This document shows, in pieces, positions 49,071 to 62,494 of a DNA stretch of 64,000 bases. Where the stretch lies: the NCBI RefSeq assembly GCF_018350175.1, contig NC_058370.1, positions 95,170,001 through 95,234,000 on the forward strand. Direction: 5' to 3'. Source of the stretch: Felis catus (lineage: Eukaryota). Made by a program: the position numbers and the translations under genes. The notes beneath the pieces are model-generated. The model saw nothing but the letters and a program-made list of their open reading frames with translations, made no database searches and had not been told where the DNA came from. Position 1 is the stretch's first letter; every line of letters starts with the position of its first letter.

Positions 49071-50749
49071 TTTTTCGTGTTAATCTGTGTTTTAGACATT
49101 TTCTTAATGTGTCAGGGAGATCATCATAAACATGAGCTGTCATGATGCAATTGGATTTTGTTTACATACCTAAAAAATACCTGATCTAATAGTTCTGGTG
49201 ATCACTCTAGAGTTTGTTTTCCTGGGACAGTAACTGACAGGAGTTAGCTTCGAGATCACTGTCCTTTTTTTTTTTTTTTTTTTTTTTTTTTTCCATAGAG
49301 GTGGGCTGCAAGTAGATTGCATCAATTGTATTTCCTGGACAGTGACTCAGATACTGAAGAAACCCTTCTTTCTAAGTGATACTTTTTATCTTTAGAAAAT
49401 CAGCACTTTGTCACATTTACAATTATCTGACTTTGATGTAAAATCTTTCTCAATATTGTTTGTCATTTCGATTTTACCCGTGGCCCCGTGGGTAACTTGA
49501 TTAAGTAGTTATCAGGCCTTAGGGTATTTGGAGGTAGACCTACTTTAAGTGCCATTGACATTCATTATCACTTAGGATAGTACCCAACATGTAATGGATA
49601 TTCAGTAAGGATATCATTCAACAAATATCAGTGGTGTGATCACTGGAATATTAAAGGTAAGTTACAGACATTATGTTGCCCCATGTTCTATTTATAAAGA
49701 ATTTTTTAGTGTTTAGTGTTTGCTGGAATTCTAGCAATGTCTAGCAAAATGAGATTAAAAATTCCATCTTTAAGTGATTTGTTTAAAAGTCTTATACACT
49801 GAATCCATGATGGTTCTGTCTTTTTTTTGTTGTTGTTGTTTCCAATTAAGACAGATATTTAATACAATGTTATATTTGGAACAGCAATGGAATTCATAGA
49901 TAGAATCAATCAGCTAATGTAGGTAGGAAAATGACCAAATGTTTCAGTCATTATTAGGTCTTCCTTACAGTGATCATGAGCATTACTGAGTAAAATGAGC
50001 TACAGGATGTTTTAAAGAATTAGCTTGACTTGCTCATATGAGCAATGGAGATTTTAGTAGCTTTTAGGCAACATCTCCCTGCATGTCTGCCTACATATCC
50101 ACAGAGCTGACCTGTGCTTTCTGTGTGTGAGGCTCTTAGAGGAGGGACCTAAAAGTCACTTGATACTTTCTATCCTGCAGAACTGCCTCTCTGCATCATT
50201 GACTCTCTCCTCCCATCACTCACTCACATGGTGCAGTATCCACTGCCCACTGCCCCAGTGCCATTTCTAATTGCTGCCATTCCTGATCTCCAGTTTTTTA
50301 TTTCTTTTTTCTGCTGTCCACCATTGTGGCTCACTTCCCAGCCTTTCATGGAAGGGATGACTTTTCACAGATTGTTCCTGTCAATCAGAGCCTGACAGCC
50401 AATTAAAAACCCATTGGATTTAATAGTGGGAACATCAGATCCTCTTGGCAGTGTGTCTGTCTTCCTTGGCACTCAGGGATGCTGCTTTTTGCTTCTAAAA
50501 TTGGTTACATAATAAGCTTGCCTACTTTGGGGTCATTAGAGAATCTTGAGATTCTGGAAGGCTGATCCCTTGATGACTAAAATTTCACTGTGAGTGTGAA
50601 TTTTAATGGCATCTGCTCAAACTCTTATGGGGCATCTTGGTGTTTGAGTACTTTTTTAGTGCTAAAACAACCAAAGTTGAGATGTAGAATACACTAAAAT
50701 ATTTTTTAAATGTAATATTTCTCACAAAGGGGATACATAGATTTCCTTT

Positions 50750-51206
50750 TGTGTCAGATTCCTAAGACTGTTATAGTAAGGTATCACAAACTGGGTGGCT
50801 TCAAACAACAGGAATTTATTCCCTTACAGTTCTGGAGGCTATAAGTTCAAGATCACAGTGTTCAGGGTCCCTCTGAAACCTGAAAGGGAGAATGCTTCCT
50901 GGCCCCTTCCTTGCTTCTGGTGGATTGCTTACCATCCTTGGTGTTCCTTGACTTGTAGCTTCAGTAGTTCAGTCTCTCCTCCATCCTCATATGGTGTTGC
51001 CCCGTTCTGTGTCTGTATCTGGTCTCTTCCTATGACACCAGTCTTATTGAATCAGGGCACACTTTAATTCAATATGATCTCATCTTCAATTGATTATGTC
51101 TGCAAATGGTCTATATTTCCAAACAAGGTCACAATCATAGGTACTAGAGATTAGGCATATGTTTGACCTATCTTTTGGGGGGTGAGGCACAATTCAACCC
51201 ATAACA
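50750..51206 (-). mobile_element. MaLR LTR, MLT1 (C/D-like)
   Basis: TATCACAAACTGGGTGGCTTCAAACAACAGGAATTTATT..CAGTTCTGGAGGCTATAAGTTCAAGATC..CAATTCAACCCATAACA. Confidence 0.9.
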
Positions 51207-53819
51207 CCATTTACTTGTGGACTCTCAATTGAAAATGATGGCTTGGGAATGTAGGTTGGAAACACATTCTGTGATTTTTATTTTTTAGATGTATGTAGGG
51301 AGATGTCAGGGAAAAACTTTGTCTCTTTCTAGTCCATCCATTATCTTCTTATTCCCCATTCTCCCACATACTCGCCCTTCATAATTTATTGTTAGAAATG
51401 GGAAGAGATGTTTAAAAATTATTGTTTGGAAATACAGTTTATAAATAGCTTTAGTCTATAAGGAAATAACCCAGCTTTTCCAAGAGATCTATCCTTTTAG
51501 TCTTTAGACCTTTGCAATTTCCATAGGTGGTTGATTTTATTTTTAGAAAATTGCCAAGTTTAAACAAAAAAAGAATAATGTTATGCAAAGTGTTATTCTA
51601 AGATGCTTGTGATTAGGGCTGATTTTGAATATTCATTATGATAATACTGGACCATGTCCTTTATGTAGATTGGTTCTTTCTCTGCTATCCAAAATGGTGA
51701 AAAAATGACAGTCCATTTAAAAGTTACACTATATTCAGTAAGTAGGTCACTGCTTTTAAAAGATTAGAAAAGAAGAAAATACATTTAATATTAAAATTAT
51801 ACTCATGGAACTCAGTTTAATATTTCATTGAGAATTTAAAAGACTGTATATTATTTGGAATAACTAGGATTATGTAGGTTAGCTTTCCACAGCTCTGGGA
51901 GATGTAAGAGCTGTTTACATGAGAAGACCATATACTGACCATGGAAGAAAGAATGTAGGGGTGCAGTAGGTAGAGAAAGCAGGGCAGCAGTTTGGAGGCA
52001 GAAAGGAGGGTGCCGTTTTTTAAGAAAAAGCTTGGGTTTTCATCCCAGAGTGTAATAGAAGCCAACGTACTAAGAGGCTATGTCTGAATAACAAGTAAAA
52101 GAAAGATAATTGGTAGAATTATTTAAAACTATATATATTATCTGAAGCTCTTTAATTATTAATTTCTTTAACTTAATTATTAAGTTCTTTAAGATAATTA
52201 AATCTGTCACTTGGCACATCTACAGCATTCTATGATTTTAAACTGTGTATTCATTTTTTATAAAGCCTTCTTGAGAGAGTTTTATGCTTTCTTCCAAAAA
52301 GCATTTGATTTTGCTTCTGACAGGGATCCCAAAACATCACCAACCTGAAACAGTTTTTTAAAAATAATTGCTCTGCTCTGGATTTTCTAGTCCTTTGGTA
52401 GTGTACATGAGTTTCTTACAAATACATAAGGAGAATTCTTTGGTTATAAGGCATCCTTATCAATTATAAATAAAACCATCTGATTTTTTTTTTCTGTGCT
52501 GGGACAGACACGTTTCTTTGCCATTTCTCTCTGATGGAGGACAATTTTTTTTTCTACTTAATATTTTCACTGATGTAGCACTTCAAGAATATAAAATTTT
52601 ATTTTGCATGGATAACATTACAGTTCCACTCCCTGTGAAAGGTAACACATTCTCCTGTCTCATGTGCAGCCATTAAAAATCTATCTTCTTAGTTACTGAG
52701 ATTGCAAAGAGATTGTTGATGCTTCAAAATTACCATTTTTATTTCAAAGTTGCTAAATTTCCTTCCTTCCNNNNNNNNNNNNNNNNNNNNNNNNNNNNNN
52801 NNNNNNNNNNNNNNNNNNNNNNNNNNNNNNNNNNNNNNNNNNNNNNNNNNNNNNNNNNNNNNNNNNNNNNNNNNNNNNNNNNNNNNNNNNNNNNNNNNNN
52901 NNNNNNNNNNNNNNNNNNNNNNNNNNNNNNNNNNNNNNNNNNNNNNNNNNNTCCCTCTCCCTTTCTCTCTCTTTGGTTCAGGGATTGCTCTTCCGTTTAT
53001 ACAGATGTTTTTGCTGTGTTGCATGTATTTCCAGATGTCTTGGAGAAATAGTTCATGCTCTTCAGTCTCTCACATCCTCTTGTTTAATCTTTTATGTAAA
53101 CCTGTGCCCTGGGGTGCTATTTTTCATCTTACTGATGAGTCTTAGAAAGGTTAAGTAACTTGCACAAGGTAACGCAAGGTAAAAATTGTCAGAAGGGGAA
53201 CATAAGCTCAAGAAGTCCAAAGCAGGGTTCGTTACTGGTATGTTCTCAGAGGGGGAAAAAAAAAGATTATTTTCAGAGCTTGTCATACTGACAATTTTGT
53301 TACTTAATTTTTTTACTAGAATAATATTAATACTATTAACATTGTTGCTTTAAGTCTTAGTTTCCATATGTAAAAGTTGATAAGCCTAAATTTCAGTGGA
53401 GCACCAAGTTCTGAGTTAGTAGATGATATCCAATTAATGGTGAAAAATGCTGAATCTGTAGTTTTTGAAGTGGTGACGATTAAAGATTAACCATATCTGT
53501 CATGTGATAGCATATTAGTTCTTTTGTTGCTTCCTTTGATCTCTAATTTTGGGGCATACATATGTATAATAGGTGCAAAGCAGACTAACATTTGTAGGTG
53601 GTGATTGATATCTCATTCTGTTATAAGGTATGCTTGCTTTGGAAAACACTATGTGATCTTTGCGTGCACAATGAGAGGTCCTTTATCTGTGTCTGCAGTC
53701 TTAAGAAACATCGACTGGGGCATCACACTGCAAAACTTTATGCCAATAGACCCTAAGTTTAGAGCTTCAAGGTTACTGAGTTCACGTTCTTTTAAGTCTA
53801 GCAACCTTATCAAATTCTA

Positions 53820-53990
53820 GGACTGAGGCCAACTAGGTAGGTGTGTGACCTTGAACAAATGAATAAACCTTTCTAAGCTAAGCCATGGTCTCTTTTATCT
53901 TTGAAATGGGCTGTTTTCTACCTCACTGGGAGATCATATATTTAGAGGGCTTATCATTGTGCCTGGTACATAGTGTTTTATAAATAACAG
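53820..53990 (+). mobile_element. MIR
   Basis: GTGTGTGACCTTGAACAAATG..GTGCCTGGTACATAG. Confidence 0.7.
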
Positions 53991-55612
53991 TTATTACTGG
54001 TTTTTGTTTTTGTTTTTTGTTTTTTGTTTTTTGCATGATAGTATCCAGAATTGGAAGGGGTCTGTAAGATTTTTTTAGCTATCTATTCTTAAATCACTGG
54101 GGAAGAGGAAAGTGAGCTATAGGAAACTATAAGTGAGGAAGTAACATTACTTAACATTGAAGAGATCCACACAGAGTAGGGCAAAATAGATTGTTGCAAT
54201 GGTGCCATTTTTGGAAATGATCTCTAGCTGCATCTGTTTATTATTGAAAATATTAGGTTTGGGGATTCTCAAATGTAATTATAATGTGTGGCATATGAAA
54301 CAGAGGAAGGCTTAAGGCTAAATTCTATAAATGGTTCCATTTACTGGTTTTGCCAGCTCTCCGTGCCATAGCCTTGACTGGAGTATTTAAATTGGGCACA
54401 CTTTGTGGGAGCTTATGTGATATGTCTGTGCATACCCATGCATTTTTACCTGAAAAGATTCTTTAACTTGGAATTGTGCGAAGACAAAAACAAGTGGATA
54501 TGTTAGAAATCACTGAATCCATGCTCTGTCATAGGGATTAAATTGACTACCCCTTGTTTATATAGGGCATCCTGTAAAGGATGCAGGTGGACTCATATTT
54601 CCACCTTAGTAACAGCCTTAGACAAGTGTGACTGGGTGGTAACCTCCCTGCAGGCATGGACCAATCAGCCTAGGCTGCCAAGGTCTCTAGTCCAGTGTGC
54701 CAGGATGCCTACTTCTTACTTCATGGTTTCAGTGCTATCTGAAGGTGGTTAAGAATTTTGCTTGTTAAGCCCAGGTATTGTTCAGTAGTGCTTCTCTGTC
54801 TCTAAAATAAGTTCATGGCATCTGCAGGTTTCTTGACATATGCATTTTCTTCCCCAGCTTTTCCTTTAAACTCCTTTTGGTGAGAAGAGCCACTTGCTGT
54901 TCAGTATAGGAATTGAAAATGAACTAATTCCCCTTCATCGTTCAAAACGAGTCCCTGTACTTCGTTGGACACCTCCCAGCAGTGCCCCAGGGCCATTAGT
55001 GCTCAGTCCCTCCATCTAGTAATACATTAAGTGGTGTAAGAATTAACCAACCATGTGTATTTGCCTTAAAAATCCACGTTAGTGTATTAATTCTTATTAT
55101 GCTGTCATGTAGAGTGGAATACTAACATCAGCATGACCAGAATATTCTCTCCCTACAGGCAGACCTTCATGGGAGGTTAAATTATACTCCCAATATGAAT
55201 TTATTAATTTGCCGTGAGAAACCTGTTCACTGAGGTACTACTGTGCACCTTCATTCATTGGAAAGTGCGTATAGTGCAAGTTTCAAGTCCTTTATCACTA
55301 TTTTTCTACTTTTTCTTTAAAGTAAATAAACACTAAGAGGCACAGGATGGGCTCCCTCCCCCTTTGCCTGTGAGCAGCATTCAAGAGGCAGAAACATTCT
55401 GAGACTGGCCAGAGAATCAGAGAATGGCTGCAGCTGTTAACACACCAGAGAGTATCCAAAAAGCCTGCAAATACAGAGAAGACTGTATTTATTGTGTGTT
55501 TTTTTTTCCAGTTTAACAATTGTATCCATGCTTTAAACTTTATGTACTTTATAAGATACAGTGTATGGAGTTGAAGAAAAAATATTGAGCATATCGTGAA
55601 AACGTAACTAGC

Positions 55613-55773
55613 AGACGCCTGGGTGGCTCAGTTGGTTAAGTGTCTGAGTTCTGCTCAGGTCATGATCTCACGGCTTGTGGGTTCAAGCCCCACATTAGGC
55701 TCTGTGCTGACAGCTCAGAGCCTGGAGCCTGCTTTGGATTCTGTGTTTCCCTCTCTCTGTCCCTCCATCCCCC

Positions 55774-55829
<56 letters not shown>

Positions 55830-55860
55830 AATAAAAATAAACATTAAAAATTTTTAAAAA
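55613..55860 (+). mobile_element. CAN-SINE with (CT)n expansion
   Basis: GACGCCTGGGTGGCTCAG head; TAACTAGCA on both flanks. Confidence 0.93.
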
Positions 55861-56417
55861 TATATAACTAGCAAAAAATTGTCCTATGTTTCCTTTCATT
55901 GGCATACTCTACATTATTTTGAATAAGTTGATGGATCATGTTTTCCAGTGGAAGGAAAGAAAAGGTTAAAATTCATTGACTTCCTGTAATCTTCATTCTT
56001 TCACTTCTCTCTCTACAGTGCCCTTCAATTTCATGAAACTGGTATACATGATGGAGTCTCTTTCCTTCAGAAATCTTAGTATAAATCTGAATCAGCCCAG
56101 GGAAAGGGGTCTTAAACCTATCAAGCCGACTTTTCATTTAGGGCTTGATGTCAAGAGGTTAAAAAGACCTTGAAATCTCCCTGTTGATCCAGACCTGCTC
56201 ATATGGGTCCAAGGAATTAATTAATTAATGTTGAAGGGTGTATTTATCTGAGATATTCTGATCTATACTCTTTGCCTTTAGTCCTCTAACAGGGATTTGG
56301 GGAAGGGCATTGACAGTGAGCTGCTGGTCTCTGCTAGCTCTTAGAGTTAAGGCTAAAAGCTACACATTGGAGGGACAAAGAAAGAAAAACTTAATCTCTG
56401 TCTCACACACATGGAGT

Positions 56418-56484
56418 GGTGGATGGATGGATGGACAGATGGATGGACGGACGGACAGACAAGTAGATTGATACAGAAATATAC

Positions 56485-56535
<51 letters not shown>
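56418..56535. repeat. (GGAT/GGAC)n plus (CA)n with an internal (CG)n run
   Basis: Read directly. Confidence 0.93.
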
Positions 56536-56538
<3 letters not shown>

Positions 56539-58004
56539 AGGATTCCCAACTTCCTAACATTAAGCTTTTTCTGTCTTGAATTTCCAAATGCTCACTCAGT
56601 GGTCATTTCTCTGCAGATGTTCTATGGATGACCCTGGATAATTCAGAAAAATCAGGTTGTGAAAAGTAGAGGGCAGAAATTGTGACTTCATCTTGAATAT
56701 CTAGAAACCTAGCAAGTGTCTACCACAGAGCAGGTACTGAATAAATACTTGCTGAATGAATAAAAGGATGAATGAAATGATATGTAACTCTTTATATACT
56801 TTCTACACAAACACACATTTACAGTTATAATCATATAATCAACCCTACACTAAGGCAGTATGGCTAGGACTGTCACTCTCCTACCTCTAATCACCCACAT
56901 TTCTTTCACCCTTAAGGCTGCACATTACCCTGTTGGGACATTTTTCCCTGTCAAGGGTGATATTTTTTTATTACCTTATTTCACTTATTTTAAAAAAATC
57001 ATACTTTTGAGTTGGAAGGAGAGAAGTCTGTCTGATACCATCATGACCCTAGTGACAAGCCATTGAAGAAAGCTTTGATGAGCATATCTTGGCAGTTTGT
57101 TTTTTTTTGGCTTTAGGGTTTTGAGTTACCTTAAATCAATTTTGGTCATTACCTATTGCCAGATCCTGCTGAACAAATATATTTTTGTTGAATATGTTTT
57201 CTTACAATTGATATACTGATGTTGATTTAGATGTAGTTTCTTCCTTGCCCTCTTAATATAGGAACCAGAATGAGAGTGACCTGGGTGCCTCCTTTGGCCG
57301 AGTAAAGGAGACTCATGGCTATAATCACATTTAAGAAACCGCTATTCCTCTGTGATGACTGGAGAATCAATGGCAGTTCAGAAATTAAAGCAAAGACTGT
57401 GCCATTTAAATCTTAGAATCTGATCATTCTGTTTTTTCATCCTCAAACCAGTGAAGATGATCAGTTTTCTCCATGTTGTATTTTAAACTATATTTTAATT
57501 GAGCTGTAATTTTATAGCACTGTTTACCAGATTCATAATACCAATTACTTGGAACCTTCTTTGTTTGGCTTCTAATTTTGAAATGTGTGGTAGAGTTTTC
57601 TATCTTTAATCAACTTTTCTCATTATGAGGATTGTTCCTGTGTTGTGTGTAGCCAAAGACTACTTTAGGAAAGTTAAGTTGGCTTGTTATTTTACAGTAT
57701 AGCAATTTCAAGCATAGTTTATCTATCTCTAGCCTATAAGATGTAAATTATATAATGTACCTTTATTATACTTCCCATTTATGTTTCTTTGCATTTATAT
57801 TTTAGCTGATATGAAATCAGTGATGCAAGTATTATTTCATTGCACTCATGACAATTTTGAGGTACCTCAAAATTAAAACCAGAAACTTACAGATATATTT
57901 ACACATAAGCATAGTATCAAGACATCCAAACTGGTATAAAAACATTTATATGGACTAACTTGAGGACAGTCCGTTGTGAAGTTTTGAAATCTTAACAAAA
58001 ACAA

Positions 58005-58223
58005 AATGTTTCTTTTTTTCAATTTTTTAATGTTTATTTATTTTTGAGAGAGATAGAGAAAGGAGTGGAGGAGCAGAGAGACAGGGAAACACAGAATCGG
58101 AAGCAGGCTCCAAGCTCTGAGCTGTCAGCATGGAGCCCCACGCGGGGCTGGAACCCATGGACTGTGAGATCATGACCTGAGCTGAAGTCAGATGCTCAAC
58201 AAACTGAGCCACCTAGTTGCCCC
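58005..58223 (-). mobile_element. CAN-SINE
   Basis: TSD AAAAC(A/C)AAATGTTTCT. Confidence 0.93.
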
Positions 58224-58269
58224 AAAAACCAAATGTTTCTAAAGAAATATACCACAGTAGTAAACTGAA

Positions 58270-58427
58270 GCAAATCCAAACTGAGGGTTGAGATCTAGCT
58301 GATCTGGACCCTGCCCCCAGTGGACTCTGACCTTGAGCAAGTCATGTAAGTTTCTTGATACTTGTCTTCTCCCCTCTGAAATTGAAGATTTGGGCTCCAC
58401 CAATGAACTTAGATTTAATATCTTCAA

Positions 58428-58473
<46 letters not shown>
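58270..58473 (+). mobile_element. MIR remnant followed by (TA)n (58432-58473)
   Basis: CTGACCTTGAGCAAGTCATGTAAG core. Confidence 0.65.
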
Positions 58474-58477
<4 letters not shown>

Positions 58478-58818
58478 ATTTGATCCTGAAATAGATCAGG
58501 GACTAGTAATCATTTATTATCTATCTTACTAATTGTTTTCACAACTTGCCAGAAGCCAGGTTTATCTCCTCCAAAGCTGATTGGCAGCACTGTTCATGCT
58601 AACACTATTAATTTGCTTAAAAGGTCATGTACAAACAAATTATCCTGAGTTGAATGACTAGTTAGTAGGTATTTAACATTTGGAAACCTGTGGGGAGTTG
58701 TTTGTTCATCATTTATGCTCTTTTTATAATCCGAATGCAGCATTAGTTCTTGGGCAAGGGCTGATGAATGTTTGTTTTGACATTTACCTTCTCTTTAAAG
58801 GATGTTTAAAAAAATTTT

Positions 58819-59026
58819 GGGGTGCCTGGTGGCTCAGTCGGTTAAGTGTCTGACTCTTGATTTTGGCTCAGGTCATGATCTCACAGTTACGTGAATTCGA
58901 GCCCCATGTCAGGCTCTGTGCAGGCGGTGCAGAGCCTGCTTGGGATTCTCTCTCCTCTCTCTGCCCTTCCCCCACTTGTGCTGTCTCTGTCTCTCTCAAA
59001 ATAAATTAATACACTTAAAAAAATTA
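58819..59026 (+). mobile_element. CAN-SINE
   Basis: GGGGTGCCTGGTGGCTCAGTCGGTTAAG head. Confidence 0.93.
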
Positions 59027-59158
59027 AAATTTCTTAAGATCTATCTTAGTGAGGAGGGGATTATATTTTTGTGTGTGGTTCAGAAGAACGTATTAAAGAC
59101 CAAGTAGTTGAAAAAAATAATTTTAATAATTACAGCTGTCTCAAATTGGATGGTTTCT

Positions 59159-59372
59159 TTTTTTTTTTTTAATGTTTTATTTATTTTTGAGACAGAGAGA
59201 GACAGAGCATGAACGGGGGAGGGTCAGAGAGAGGGAGACACAGAATCTGAAACAGGCTCCAGGCTCTGAGCTGTCAGCACAGAGCCCGATGCGAGGCTCG
59301 AACTCACGGACCGTGAGATCATGACCTGAGCTGAAGTCGGACGCTTAACCGACTGAGCCACCCAGGCGCCCC
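59159..59372 (-). mobile_element. Young feline CAN-SINE
   Basis: 18-bp TSD TCAAATTG(G/A)ATGGTTTCT at 59141 and 59373. Confidence 0.97.
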
Positions 59373-59999
59373 TCAAATTGAATGGTTTCTAAGGGAGAAA
59401 GAGGGTTTCTGTCCTAGAGGTCACACCTGGATTTTGCATCTACTAAGATTTAGACTTCATGATGTCTTCTAAGGTATTCTCAAATTCTGGAGTTTGAAGA
59501 TTAAGTCCTCCCTCCACCTCCCTACTCTACCATTCCTTACATGTCTTAATTAGCAAGAAGAAATAAAAATGTCCTGTACATTTGCATGTTGACATGTTGA
59601 GCCTGCTGGTATTTTTGATGATCATTCTATCTCTGCTGTCCAGTGTACATGCCCGTTCTTTCTTTCCTCAACACACTAAAGGTTTTTGACACCACATTTC
59701 AACTATTTCAGTCTATTGACATTTCAGTAGGTTTTGATTTGTGATCATGGTTGTAGGAGAGTAAAGATACTGGTCAATAGAAACATTTATTGACTTAAGA
59801 ATATAAATACGTCAGAAATATGCCTTTTATAGAGAGACTTGCCTTATATATACAGGGTTATTGAAATTATGGTGTTACACAAAAAAATAATTCATTGGCT
59901 CCTTAATTTGCTTTACAAACCAACCTATAAGAAGCCTTCTTTAATTATATATTTGATATAATACACTTATTTCAGAAACATTGTACAGTGAAATTTACA

Positions 60000-60470
60000 T
60001 GTTCATCAATTCCTTTTCCCCTTTTTTCCCTATAAAAATATCAAGCGACATTGGGTTCAATACTGATCCTTCATACTCCATTTTTGTGTTAAACTGATCA
60101 CACCACTGTTTACTGTTTCCAAGTTTATGGTCTTTCACTGAATTTGAGCCCAAGACAATAATCGTGTTTTTGTGGAATGTGGCCCTTGCTATATTTAACA
60201 GGTCCTTGCAAAGGTCTCATTTGTGAAATATGCCATATTGTACATGATAATCTTCCTGATTGCAACAATGCAAAATTACCCCATACCCTCTCCTCCCAAT
60301 GCAGGAAAAGGCTACAGCTGAAATAATTAAAATCCATACGCTTAATGATCTGTACCTTCTGCAGGGTGGCACATTACTATCTCTAACAATGTTTAATAGC
60401 TCATAACATTCCATACACTTAATCATCAATTACTGGCACTTGTAGTCCTTTTGCATACTGAACATATCTT
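60000..60470 (-). mobile_element. Possible CR1/L3 LINE reverse-transcriptase fossil
   Basis: Minus-strand GSVLNPMSLDIFI (60032-60070) resembles the CR1 RT motif GSVLGPVLFNIFI. TGGAAACAGTAAACAGTGGTGT just upstream resembles WRPVTSGV. There is weak DFSKAF-like text at about 60306-60343. Confidence 0.45.
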
Positions 60471-61044
60471 GATAGAGGGAAAATTGCATTGGAAGAGACT
60501 CAGTTACCCACCTTGGAAAAAAAAGAACTGGGCCAGACCGAATGAGGATGCGTGGCTGTCTTTGGAGCTGCGTGAGCCACTGAGGCAGGACCATAGCCAG
60601 GCCATCTGGGTGTTTTGGGATTTTGTTAGGTGAGGAGGAGGTTTTAATTTGCTTGTGTAACACTGTACTTTGTTGGTCTCCCAACCACTTCGGGGCTATA
60701 TCCAGAGCCCCTGATTGGGATGTCAGGTGACTGGGATGCTGGCCTCACCCAGCCACCTGACCCCCCCACAGGTGAATTGCCATTTAGTTTCTGTGTCTTT
60801 ATATGGAAGGTAAGAGTGAAGTGCTGGACAAACCTGAAGAGGTTCTACCCAGATCAGAATTTCTCCGGTCTTAGTCACTTCAGGGACAATGGAACCATCA
60901 GCGTTCTGTCATTTTCCATGTAATTTCTTGTTTGCTCAGAGTTGTTTGGAAAAATGAAGAAAGATAAAGAGTCCACAGAGTCTACTACCCTTGGTAGGAT
61001 GACAAAGGGAAAAGCAGAATCCTTATTTTATAATAATTACATGT

Positions 61045-61259
61045 TTAAAAAAAATTTTTTAATATTTATTTTTGAGAGAGAGACAGCCAGAGCACGAGCA
61101 GGGGAGGGGCAGAGAGAGAGGGAGACGCAGAATCTGAAGCAGGCTCCAGACTCTGAACCGTCAACACAGAGCCTAAAGTGGGGCTCAAACTCACGGACGG
61201 CGAGATCATGACCTGAACCGAGGTCAGACGCTTAACTGACTGAGCCACACAGGCACCCC
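61045..61259 (-). mobile_element. Feline CAN-SINE
   Basis: Full length; head ends CAGGCACCCC. Confidence 0.95.
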
Positions 61260-61309
61260 TAACTAAACGGCTTTGATGCAGTTTGCATGATACCTCCTCT
61301 TTATATACA

Positions 61310-61505
61310 TAAATATTATTTATTAAACATTACTATGTTAATTATTTTAATTGTTTAATATAATTGTACACTAATATACATTACATCTATAATAATTATA
61401 TAACATACATTGTATTTAACATTGTAATTAGTTATATATTATCAATATACCATATAATTATAATTATACATGATTAATATATATAATATGTATTATGCAT
61501 ATAAG
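61310..61505. repeat. AT-rich low-complexity tract
   Basis: About 200 bp that is almost all A/T (TATAAT/ATATT motifs). Confidence 0.85.
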
Positions 61506-62494
61506 GCTTTGTTTGCATATTTAGGCCAAAGATTAGTTTGTTTTGGTAACAGAAGGACATGAACTGTGCCAGCAATGCTATAGATGCTCAGGGATAGAAG
61601 TGACAGGATCTGCAGGAGGTAGCTTCTTTTAATGCAGATTTTGCTTGAGAAAATACATAATTTCATCCTTCCTGAGCCTCAGAGAAAAATTCTGATTGTC
61701 GACCTTTCCTCCCAATCATGGATTTCAGTCATAACCAGCCTGGGGTGAAATGCACACCTTGCTGTCTCAAGTTCTTGATTGTTTCCAAAAAATTTTAAGA
61801 CTTTTTCCCTCTTGGTAGCAAATGCTTATGGGAACAAAACAAAGGAGAGGCTACTTTTCTAGTCACCTTCCTTTCTCAGACTTTACAGCTTCTCTGCTGC
61901 TGACTGAACTCACAAGATCAACTTAAAACAAATGGAAGAAAATATTCCTATTATGTCACTGATAAGTGCATAGCATTCAGGATTTTGTCCTCTCTTCTTG
62001 CCTTAGCAGCAGTTGGATCTTTTTTAAAACATAAAGTGCCAGACAGGCCTTCCTTTGCTCTTCCCAACATTCATTGAGTCACTGTACAGTATAAAATATA
62101 TGTTAGGTGCTAGGAATAAAGAAATCAATATGCTACAATTATTTGTACCCTGACCAGATTTACAGTCTTGGGAAAGGGTTGAGGACTCAAATGTATGCAG
62201 CGTAGGCAGCCATAATTCAGCTCTGATAAGAGACAATAGGGAATATTGGAGCCTGGAAATAATTGGAGAAATGCCTTTATTTAGTTCTTCCCTCCAACCT
62301 TCCTACCTTCCTACCTTCCTTCCTTCCTTCTTCATAATACTCTGCTAACTGAATAAAAAAATAGTTCCTTGATAGAGGGAAATAGTGTACTCATCTCCAA
62401 CTCATAATACACATCCAAATGGAATTACGAAAATACATAATTTTAATGCAGTAAGTAGATTCTTAAAGTTATTTCTAAATTATAGTTGTTAATA

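Noticed and set aside
56790-56920. C/A-rich stretch suggestive of a NUMT
   Set aside because: No recognisable mitochondrial gene or tRNA sequence.
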